A stretch of 64,000 nt of DNA from Podarcis erhardii. Lineage: Eukaryota. The position numbers and the translations under genes were made by a program. Shown here piece by piece: positions 26,081 to 36,864 of the stretch (positions are counted from its first letter, which is position 1; each line of letters opens with the position of its first letter). The DNA lies in assembly GCA_964252035.1 (NCBI GenBank), contig OZ176201.1; one strand, given 5' to 3'. The notes beneath the pieces were generated by a model. It was not told the DNA's origin. It did not search any database and worked only from the letters and a program-made list of their open reading frames with translations.

Positions 26081-28569
26081 AGCTAACAGATTGAGCTTGT
26101 ATCCTGACAAGACAGAAGTACTCTTCTTGGGAGATGGCTGCGGCAGGCTGGTGTGGAAGGCTCCCTGGTCCTGAATGGGGCAACTGTGCCCCTGAAGGAC
26201 CAGGTGTGCAGTCTGGAAGTCATTTTGGACTCACAGCTATCCATGGAGGAGCAGGTCAATTCTGTGTCCAGGGCAGCTGTCTACCAGCTCCATCTGGTAT
26301 ACAGGCTGAGACCTTACCTGCCCGCAGACTGTCTTGCCAGAGTGCATGCTCTAGTTATCTCCTGCTTGGACTACTGCAATGCGTTTTACGTGGGGCTACC
26401 TTTGAAGGTGACTTAGAAACTGCAATTAATGCAGAATGCAGCAGCTAGACTGGTGACTGGGAGTGGCTGCAAAGACCATATAACACCGGTCCTGAGAGAC
26501 CTGCATTGGCTCCCAGTACGTTTCCAAGCACAATTCAAAGTATTGGTGCTGACCTTTAAAGCCCTAAACAGCCTCTGTCCTGTATACCTGAAGGAGTGTC
26601 TCCACTCACATCATTCAGTCTGGACACTGAAGTCCTGCACTAAGGGCCTTCTGGCGGTTCCCTCACTGTGAGAAGTGAGGTTACAGGGAACCAGGCGGAA
26701 GGCCTTTTCAGTAGTGGCGTCTGCCCTGTGGAATGCCATCCCAGCACATGTCAAGGAAATAAGCAACTATCTTACTTTTAAAAGACATCTGAAGGCAGCC
26801 CTGTTTGATGTTTAATGCTGTATTGTGTTTTTAACATTCAGTTAGGAGCTGCCCAGAGTGGTTGGGGAAACCCAGCCAGATGAGCGGGGTATAAATAAAT
26901 TGTTGTTGTTGTTATTTTACAAAAGCTCATACACAGCTATTTTAGAGAAAATATGTATGTTGAAACATTGCCTTTTCTCTGAATCAGGAACCTTGATTTT
27001 AATTAAAAAATCAAATATAAAAAAGGATGCAGAAGCTTTATAACCTCAATCAAGTCCTCATAATCAAAGCCTAGGTTTTCTTCTGCATTATTTGAATACA
27101 TAACTTACAAATTATCTATCCGTTATTCCCCTCTAAACTGTAGCACATCAACTGAAGAAACACATGTCGAAACAAGGTCATCTGCTGGCCTCATCAAAAA
27201 GTCAGTCAATGGTCATCTAACTAATGGGGGGTGTTGAATTCTGAATGCCAGAGAGGACAAAGATAACTGCTCTATTCTGATCAAACAAAACTACCAACAT
27301 GCAGACAGCAGCTGATGAAAAATAAAGCCTGTCTTGTATTTTAGCTTGTGGACTCAGGATATGCACACTGTGTATCTAAGCTACCAGAGTTGAACCACCT
27401 GTTTCACATGAGATAAAAGAAATTTAATTAATTTCTTCTAACAATAGTTTCATATTTGTTGCTGATTAAATGGTTCTATGTAAAGACGTAAAACAAGGTG
27501 TTCATAACTTCCAACTCATTTTCTTCATATCAGGAGGACCTATAGCTGACTTTCTGGCTTCTACTGAGTTAAAAAATGTAATATAACCAAAAGCGCTTTT
27601 CAGAAGCAAAGGAGAGCAGCCATTTTGAAACGTCATATGTATCAGTTTATACTAACTAATATTATTCTCGTTTCTTATAAAACAACAATAAAATTGTTGT
27701 TAGTAAAAGCATAAATACACATGTGGGAAAATGGTTGTTTGTACATAAGAGCATGGGCGAAAGTTTATTATTGCAAGGTGATTTCATAGCAAAAGGCATT
27801 GCTTGGAACATGATCAATGCGTGGACAGCTCATGCTGTCCTGATGATTGGTCCACGTAGCATAGCCTGATCGACTACGTGGGCCTGGTGTGATGGCATGG
27901 CATTGTCCTTATCTGCTGGCTGAGAGAAAAGTTGCTTCTTGGTATTTGTATCTTTTTGGCTACACACAATAAATGTTTGGCTGCAGCAGCTCCTGGGGCA
28001 GTCAGATTTCTTCAACCCATCTCTGCGTGAGACTGATTATTACGGATGGCGAGCAGGTTCTCGTCATACACATCCATTTTAAAACACAAATACACAACTG
28101 GAATAAAACATACAAACTGAATACTAATCAGCCTTAAAACCAACTAAATGTGCACAGGCCTGCAGAAGTGACGAAAATTTATAAATCCATACATATTTGA
28201 TTACCGTAGATCTCAGCACATCACTGCTAGCCATCTGTGTTCTAAAAAGTGTCCAATTTCTGAAGTGTGCAATTACGCGGAAGCATTTCTTATCACAGGT
28301 GACCAGATAATTACAAGTGGGGGATCAACTGGTCTTTGACTGGTGCGTCATCCACCACAAAATGGTTGCAACCTAAGCTGGTCACCACCAGAGACAATAA
28401 CACTATGTGTAACCCAAAAGTAGGTAATACAGCTGAGCCTATGAAATTCATCACAACGGATTATATGGGTGCATATAACTGACACAAGACAAAGTAGCAG
28501 TTAAATTTCAGGCTGGCAGTTGGAAACAATAGTGGAGTCAGGTAAAAGGATTATTTTTCTTTACAGATA

Positions 28570-29100
28570 TTGTGAATCATGTCCTCCCTAAAAGAGAGCA
28601 CGTGTTGCAGTGAGATCTGGAGACTGACCTCTTGGTTGTGGGTGGGTCCATTGGATAGCCACAACACCCAATTGGGCCCACAGAGGCTGAGGAATGGGCC
28701 CCACTTACGCTCCTCTGACCCTTCCGTCAGCTCGTTTGCTTGGAGGAAGCAGGCGAACTGAGCGAGGTATGAGTCTCATGATTCAGGATTCAGAGGCTGG
28801 GGTGAATGGCAGTAGAGGCACGAGTGAAGCCATGGTTCCGATGCCAACGTGGAGGGCAATGGATGGAACACAGTGCTCTAGCCAGTACGGTTAGCTCTGA
28901 ATTGGGTTCTGTTCAGTGATTTCACTCAGTGTTTCAGCTCAGTGTTTCAGCTCAGTGAGTGTCCGAATCTGGCTGTGCTCTAATGTCCATCCAATCCCAC
29001 CTTCGTCACCAGTATTAAGTAGTGGGTTGACAAAGTAGACGACACAGAGATTTCTCCAAGTGGTTCATTATAGTAAGCTGGAACTGAACTGAACAACTCA
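28570..29100 (-). mobile_element. LTR-retroelement fragment: LTR 3' end, primer-binding site and leader
   Basis: Minus strand TGGTGACGAAGGTGGGAT at 29011-28994 is complementary to the recalled 3' end of vertebrate tRNA-Ser(GCU) + CCA. The leader has 13-mer tandem repeats (ctcagtgtttcag). Confidence 0.6.
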
Positions 29101-29137
29101 GCCAGCCTGCCCGTTCGCATCCAGAGGTACCACTGTA

Positions 29138-29854
29138 CACAAAACCCCTGGTGGCCAGGGTAAGCACTTCAATACATAACACTCTTGATGCTGGGTTTCA
29201 ATCTGGCCAATGGGGTTGAAGTCTAAACGGATCGAGGGACCTATATAAACCTATGCACGTGACCCAGAACTTCATCTTTCTGCTTGTGCATCGGAACACC
29301 CACCCACCTCTCCCTAATTTTAGGGCCTTTTGTTATTGACCTTGCTATGCCATCGTGTGTCATCTGTTGTTGGGACAGGGGCACAGCAGGAATTTTCCCA
29401 CTTGGCTGTTGCCAGGTGGGTTTCGCCTGCTGCATAGCAATTCGTCACAACTTGTAAGGTTGCGGATGGGCACTAGTTCATGTGATAGGATGGGAGAACG
29501 GTCTCGCCATCCCTATGTGAAGAATATTTCATTAAAGGAATCCAGGGACTCAACTTGGTTTGGCCAATCCCCGAAAAGGGGTTGTGCCTGTGCCTGAGTC
29601 CAGGGGAGCATCTAGGGAGTGAATAGAGTCTGCTCCCAGCCTTTTCACCTCAGGTCTTCACCCTTGGCTGACTATGATAGACCTCTGGGTCAGCGCTACC
29701 TGCAAGGGTGTAGGGAGCTAGTCGAACCAGAGCCTATGCAACCACTCACTTTTCTGTAATCAATAAAGTTGTGGCCTAAATTCTGCCAAAAACCAAAACT
29801 AAAATTTGAGTCAAATGTGTCTTTGTTTAGGAGGGAGGTCTCTGGGTCTGAACA
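29138..29854 (+). mobile_element. LTR-like sequence (probable solo LTR, 5' boundary uncertain)
   Basis: Ordered CCAAT (~29209), TATA ctatataaa (~29242), AATAAA (29762-29767) and a U5-like end ...ctgaaCA. No TSD found. Confidence 0.5.
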
Positions 29855-29910
29855 CGCAAATGATGAGAACTTGAGTCAAGAACAAAAGATGTGGATTCTA
29901 AAGCAGTATA

Positions 29911-30143
29911 CAGTGGTACCTCAGGATGCGAATGGGATCCGTTCTGGACGCAATGTAAGCTGCGACGGCGTGTGCGCAGGTCGTGTTTTGCTCCTTCCAC
30001 GCATGCGCGTGACATAATTTTGAGTGTCTGCGCATGTGCGAGCGGCGAAACCTGGAAATAACACGCTCCGTTACTTCCAGGTTGCCGCGGAGCGCAACTC
30101 GAACGCGCTCAACCCAAAGCACATTCAACCCGAGGTATGACTG
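29911..30143. mobile_element. Tigger-type MITE
   Basis: TA|cagtggtacctc ... gaggtatgactg|TA. Confidence 0.78.
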
Positions 30144-30765
30144 TACCTACTCTGGGGCCTGTTTATACTAAAACAGCCAGCAACAGCAGTAGTAACCTGG
30201 CTTATGTGAAGGGGCCATACACAATGTTTCCATAAAGAAAGAGAAGGCCTTTTACAAAGGTTATTTATTTCAGGTTTACCAGAAAGGGGCTAACGCGGTG
30301 CTCATTCTCTTTGCATGCTCTTGCCTGTTGGCTTTTCAACAATAAAAAACAGAATTACATTTTTAACCTAATGTATGAAAATTGATATGTGTTTTGTTAT
30401 CAGTATCAAGGCTGTGTATCAGTAGCCACAAAACGTGGCATCCAAGGGACTACTGGAATGGGCTTGCCATGCCAATGCATCATTTTAGATTTTAGCATCA
30501 ATGGGAGGGATAGGTACAGTGAAAATGAACAAGTGTGGTCAAGCAGAATGGTTCCTAGCATATTATACTGTTTTACCTACAGTGAGTCAAGCTTCTGCTT
30601 CCACTGCAGCTGCTGAAACAGCACTTTTGATAAAAGGCATAGTGTAAATAAATGACATGTATTCTAGCTGAAAGATGTGCCAAAGCCCTTGGAAGATACT
30701 AAAAACAGAAATGTCTAATAATGCATTCAAATGGTAAACCTTTGCCCATTTTGTCTATGGCAATA

Positions 30766-30978
30766 CAGTGGTACCTTGGGTTACATACGCTTCCGCTAAC
30801 CCAGAAATAGTACCTCGGGTTAAGAACTTTGCTACAGGATGAGAACAGAAATTGCGCGGCCGTGGCATGGCGGCAGCAAGAGGCCCCATTAGCTAAAGTG
30901 GTACCTCGGGTTAAGAACAGTTTCAGGTTAAGAATGGACCTCCAGAACGAATTAAGTTCTTAACCCAAGGTACCACTG
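30766..30978. mobile_element. Tigger-type MITE
   Basis: TA|cagtggtaccttgggtta ... taacccaaggtaccactg|TA. Same family as 46662-47022 and 58002-58236. Confidence 0.85.
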
Positions 30979-33900
30979 TATTCACATTCTGCCCCATAGG
31001 AATTGGATCATTTTAAAAGTATGGCTTACTTGCCAAAATAGGAGTAAAGTCTCCAAGTAGTGTGCAAATAAAATAAAAAAAACAAATCCTACTGAATCAT
31101 TTAAGTGCCCAAGTTGCTTGCTCTCTAAAACATTTTGTATTTTCCCCAATACGATCCTGTTGCATGGAGGAAACATTTCCATGAGTTTGAACAAACATTG
31201 TTCCTTGACATCCCATGATAGAATGAAAATATTTTGAAAGAAAATCTAAGCAAACCTAACCTAACCAGCAAAATAATCTACAATCAATTACAAATTTACT
31301 GTCTGTTATGTCTGCCAACTAATGAAGCTCATCAAATCACCAGAGACTCTCTTCCCCTTTAAATTGACAGATGAAGTGTGTGCACTCTTCTCAATTACTA
31401 CCTTCAATCATTGATCCAGAATTCTCATATTTTGCAGACAGCTGTTGTATAGTCAGTTGAAATCAGTAAGGGCCTTCATCAAGCTATTAAGAGTTGCGTT
31501 AACATTGTAGGAGAAAAACTAGAAGAAAAAAGTAGTTAAAAATCTTTGTGTCTGCTTGCATGTTTTAGTAACTAATACTCTGAGGACCAGTCAAAATCTC
31601 AAGCGGCTGGTTTTGAAATGTCTGCTTTTATATGTTTCTCTGTTGTTCTGCACAAACCTCTTCTAATAGGATTCCTATTATGGATGTTGCATTATGGATT
31701 CCCACAGATCTTGCTTAGAATAACACAAACCTTATTTTTATATTTAAGGTTTCTACACAGATGAACAAATTTTCTATCAAATATTGGCTATATTGAGTCC
31801 AAATACCTGCTAAACACTTATGCTTGCATATTTGCAATGTAACGCAATGATTAAGTCTTTTGGGCATCTCAGTGGAGCAGCCAATTGTAGGATAGGGTAT
31901 ACAAACTTCTGTGCTGGAGCAATGAGCTTTAGGGCTGGTCTCAATGATCCAAATTTATAATAAATGCAGCATTATAATAAATGTAGGCCACAGAAGAGAA
32001 ACATGGTAGAATTTCTTTATCCCTGTTTTGCTACTGATCCAGATAACCTGTTGCTCAGAATAATTAAGTTATCTTGTGGTGCTGTAAATGCTTAATAACC
32101 CAATTCTATGTATGAACCAAGTACCACCAAGCTCAGTATCAGTTACTCTCAAAATGTGAAAAGTATTAAAGTCTAAGTGTGTGGTCTGTTTTCTGTTTTT
32201 GGCAAAAGACCATTTGACTATGTAAATCCTTTCTGAACAACACCATTGCTCCTGCCATACTGTCTTCTTCCTCTTTAAGTCTATCCAATCCACCATCATA
32301 ATGTAGCCTATCATAGAAAATATAGTTTCAGAGCATCATAAACAATCCTTTTCAGACTCAGTGTTCCAGCCACTGTAATATTCCTTAACACAGGCATTTC
32401 AAAGCATTCAGCATTTAAAGGATCTAGGAATTTTAAGATCAGGTTCCTAAAGTAACCCCATAGGTAAAGGCTTTATTAAAAAGTAAAAACCCCTTATGTA
32501 GAGTAACATCAGGTCATTTAAGTTTACTAGAAATGTCACGAAGGAAGCCAAGGTTCTTTTCTGTATGATCATGCACACATTGTGCAACAATACACTGTGT
32601 GGAAACCATAAACCTATTAACAAAAAAGTCACTGTCCGTTCAAACAAACTTCCGGGTCAAAGACTGTGCTTGATTAATCAAATCCATCCCAAATGTTTGC
32701 TCTGGTATATTTCCCTGCGATGATGGCCCAAAACTACTACAATGCCCAGAACCAAGTCTTTAGGCTGACATACACAAATGCTAGAAGATTCTGAACAGTT
32801 TTCTACTCGCCTCAAAATGTCCTGCTGCTTCTAACAATGATTTTATAATAGGTTTAAGACCTCTTGGCTGGTACAATTCTAGGAAACTACTGCAGTGTCA
32901 GTGACCACTCTTGAAGTGGCTAGAAACAAAAAGCATGGCAGCCATGGAAACAGCTGTTATACTTAGAAACTTCTGAGATAGCAGAACTTGGGAAGTGGGG
33001 AGGAAGGAGAGGAAACACTTGAGCAGCAGAAGCAAACAGAAACCAACATAAATGAAACATATGATTTCCATTCATGATTTGGCACTAACTCAGCTTGGTG
33101 CAGGCATCAAGCTAGACACTCTGCAGTAGTCACCCAGCCTACGGAGCACATGGAATTGTATTAATTGTGCTTTCCATGAACTAGGGCAGATGAGAGATGG
33201 GAGCTCTGGGTAAACTATGTGAGTTATCATTCAATGAGTCTTCTTGTCCAGCTATCCCAACAGATTTCACCCAGTAGGAAGCAAACCTATCAAATTTCTG
33301 ACAGGCTGGAGGAAAGACCTCCTTTTAAATGCAGTTGACTACTTTCAATACTTTAGCATGAGTACTGTTCATGCATTTCAACTTTCTCAGAGGAGAACTT
33401 TTGCTTGAAACCTGTGATACATACGTTCTCCACATTAGTTGACCAACTCCTTTGACCAAAGAGGGCAGAGACTGTCAGAGGCAGACTTCTAGCTTTCAGG
33501 ATCTACTCTTGCAGGTTCTACTCTTTTACCCACCAGCCAGAATCGGGTGTGCAAGGCATACGCTTAGAGCAAAATCCAGAACCCAGGAATTTGCAGGCCA
33601 GAACTAAACAGAGCTCACAGTCCTTCCACTCCAGTTTACTGCACCTGCTCAATTTCTTCATTTCAGCGGTATAATTAAGGGAGGAGGACACTATACTTCA
33701 AAATACCCAGCTATCTACTGGTAGATCCCAGTCTATCTTGCCCATATGAGCTAAAAAAAGATTGCAAGCAACATTGATATGACATACTCTCATTAGTATC
33801 TTAAGCATGGTTTGTGTCAGGGTGGACTGGGCAACCTCTTGGCCTAATTTAATGTGGATGGCAAGGAGGGCAAAAGTAACAAAAATACTCTGGCTTCTCC

Positions 33901-36322
33901 TATGCACCCTCAGCAGAAAAAAAAAAAAGGTTGCCCACTCTTGATTTAGCAGACAGAGGTTGAATAAACAGGAAAACTGTTTTTGCTTATTTTGTTCAAA
34001 GGCTGCAACGGTCTTATCAGTAAATTAATCTGCTTGTGAGGGCACTGAGTTCAGAGTCCATAGGCAGATGAAATGCCACTTCTATGCATTATCTAAAAGG
34101 CTTAGATCAGCAAGAAAAACATTGGCCAGCTTCTTTTCCTTACAAATGCACAAGATCAGCTGTTTGTGCCAAAGCCAAAGAAAGGAAACCATCAAAGCCA
34201 CATCACAGTAAGACCATATATCAGCTAGAGTTTTAATCGAGAATTGTTTAAGGCCAAATCCCAACAAGATACGACTCTTCTAAGAGATGAAACAGCAAGG
34301 ATGGTTATTGGATGCCAGATGAGTTTATGGTAAACGTTACATCTGATGTCCGTATGGTTGCACTCAGTTGAGATTCCCCATTTTCCCCATCAGTAAGCAC
34401 ATGAATCTCTCCCTAAAAAGAGAGACCAGAATTTCAGAATAATGTCATGTGGACTGCAAAGCACTTTTAGCAAATCAGATGTATACATTTTCAACTAAAC
34501 TTCGGCTTTAGTAAGCAATCATCCAACTTAAGGCACCTATGAATAAAATATAGTTTATAACTGGGAGCATATAAAGATGAGATTAGGCTGGGGGGTGTGG
34601 AAACGCCTCTCCTCCTAACTTTTCATTTTTAGATGAAAATGTGTGGGTTCTTAGGTTTAAGAACTAAAAATACTCATCTAAAAAGAGCTTAGTTGAGATT
34701 ACCCTCAGATTCCAGGTGAGGCAGTGAAGGTTAAACAACTTGTAACTCTGCCTTCATCTATCCCAAACTGTCCAAGTTAGGCTTATGTGTTTAGTTGCCT
34801 TTACAAAACAACATTCTGCATAATAATAAGTAATAATTCTCAGAGGTACTAAATTTTTCTTTAAGTATCATATGTCATAGTTACAGTATTTGTTTTCCTG
34901 CAATAAAGTAAGGAATTACGCAGTCTCTGTACTTTAACTAGACAGTATGTTAAGTGATAATAAAGTATGTTAACCAATACTATGAAATTTGCTTCAGCTG
35001 CAAATTGATTTTCCCCTCCATGCTACCAAGAATTAACTAAAGTAGTACTATATGAATACACATTGTACTTGAAAAGAAACTTGTGGAGTAGGGGATCTTT
35101 CTGTCAAATTGCAAAGGTTATGTTTGGTATAGCTATCAAAGGTCAGTAAAAGTGTTGCAAAAAAGAGAGAGAATTATTTATATTGCTGAAAGGCATAAAG
35201 ATGGAAAGGCCACAAATGTATAATCCAAAGATTGTGTATTTTGGATACTTATGCAGGGATAAAAATATTGGCCACTATCCAAAGAAACACACAACTATTT
35301 CTGCATGACTTTAAACATATGTTTCTCAAATAGCAGCCTCTGATACCACATGGCAAATCACTTTTGAATTGGTGATTTTCAAAAGCAGTTCATGATATGG
35401 CAAAGGGATGTGCTGTTCAACAGAAAAGAATAGGAATGGTGACTTTCTGCTGGGTCACACCTGACTAGCTCAGAACATAAGCTATTTCACAAAAATAAAC
35501 TTTTAAAAACTTTTTTTTTTTTTGCACCAATCCATCATACATAATCTTCTTTCTACCTTTCTAGCTCTTCTAATCCTGTTCATTTACTGTCTCTACCTTT
35601 TAAACAATGCATATCAAGGTGGGGCAGCAGCAGAGCTCTGGCACAGGAAAACAGAGATGGGTGGACATCTGAAATCTCCTCCCCTCTCCAACAAAGATGC
35701 TGGCATGCCAGTAGATAAGGCAAAAGCAGTGCTTGAGAAAGTTATTCCAATGGCTCCTACAATGGTGAGTATTATGCGCTCTCAAAGCTTGTATCAGGGC
35801 TTGATTCCAGTGAGCCTGGCATCTCTAAAAAGAGGTTAAAAAAAAAAAAAAGCCTCATTAACCTTAGCTGCACTTGAAGAAGTGTAACCCACATGCATAT
35901 GCACCTTTAAGAATTATGCACATGCTCAGTAGCGAAGTTAAGTGTGGAGAGCTCCAGTATGGAGAAAGGGAGTCTATAGTGAGAAAGAAATAGGATTTCA
36001 TCCTCAGTAGAATTAGGAACTAGTGGTTAGACAAGAGGCGCACCTAACTATCTCCTTTCTGTAAAGTCCTGAAACCCTAGGATCAGGGTTTGGCAGTTTC
36101 CCTTTCCTTTCTGGAGCTATTAGCAGCCATATGGAGAATACCACTTTGGAATTACAAGATAGGTTTTCCTTTTTGTGGCTAGCAAGAACAGCTTAAAGCT
36201 TAAAGACCAAACTGCATAAGAGAACTTTTGGAATTGAGTGTGAAGCCAGTAAAAGAGATTTCATGGCAACAGTCTGGAAGAAAGAACCTTAGTGGCCAGT
36301 GATCAAATGTTTATTTTATCAA

Positions 36323-36864
36323 AACAAAATAAAAAATTTCCTTCCAGTAGCACCTTAACGACCAACTAAGTTAGTTCTTGGTATGAGCTTTCGTGTGCAT
36401 GCACACTTCTTCAGATACACTGAAACAGAAGTCACCAGACCCTTCTATATAGTGAGAAGGTGGGGAGGGGTATTACTCAGAAGGGTGGTGGGAATGGGTG
36501 ATTGGCAGATAGCTGTGATGAGCCTGTTGACGACTCTTAACGACTGCAATAGGTCTTACAGGAAAAAGCAAGGGGTGAGAAGGTGAAAAATGGCTTTGTC
36601 ATGTATAATGAGATAAGAATCCAATGTCTTTGTTCAGACCAGGTCTCTCCATGGTTTTAAGTTTGGTAATAAGTTGCAATTCAGCAGCTTCTCTTTCCAG
36701 TCTATTTCTGAAATTCCTTTGTAATAGAACAGCTACTTTGAGATTTTGTATAGAATGTCCTGGGAGATTGAAGTGTTCTCCTACTGGTTTCTCTTTAAAG
36801 TGCTACTGGAAGGAATTTTTTTATTTTGTTTTGACTATGGCAGACCAACACGGCTACCTATCTG
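36323..36864 (-). mobile_element. 5'-truncated Penelope-like retroelement with inverted terminal piece
   Basis: Minus strand 36793-36599 encodes EKPVGEHFNLPGHSIQNLKVAVLLQRNFRNRLEREAAELQLITKLKTMERPGLNKDIGFLSHYT*, a PLE GIY-YIG endonuclease C-terminus, followed by the hammerhead-bearing pseudo-LTR. 36795-36864 is the same tail inverted. 12-bp TSD ttattttatcaa at 36311-36322 and 36865-36876. Confidence 0.88.
36381..36418 (-). ncRNA. Second copy of the same minimal hammerhead ribozyme motif
   Basis: The reverse complement reads gtatctgaagaagtgtgcatgcacacgaaagctcatac, identical to 25950-25987. It lies downstream of a GIY-YIG C-terminal coding fragment. Confidence 0.75.

Larger units (their letters stand above)
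25886..26915 (+). mobile_element. L2 LINE 3' fragment (RT C-terminus and 3' UTR), interrupted by the Penelope piece
   Basis: CLEAVGGWMTANRL..PDKTEVL, LDYCNAFYVGLPLKV and QNAAARLV..DHITPVLRDLHWLPVRF motifs. 3' end gagcggggtataaataaa(ttg)n. Confidence 0.85.

Noticed and set aside
27874-28077. Selenocysteine or read-through ORF across an in-frame TGA
   Set aside because: No SECIS-like structure recognised and no protein similarity.
28993-29011. tRNA-Ser 3' end with CCA as a tRNA gene or pseudogene
   Set aside because: Only about 18-19 nt match, which is the length of a retroelement primer-binding site.
35522-35839. Plus-strand 105-aa ORF with a GTGAGT donor as an antisense gene exon
   Set aside because: TTG start, no homology and no partner exons identified.
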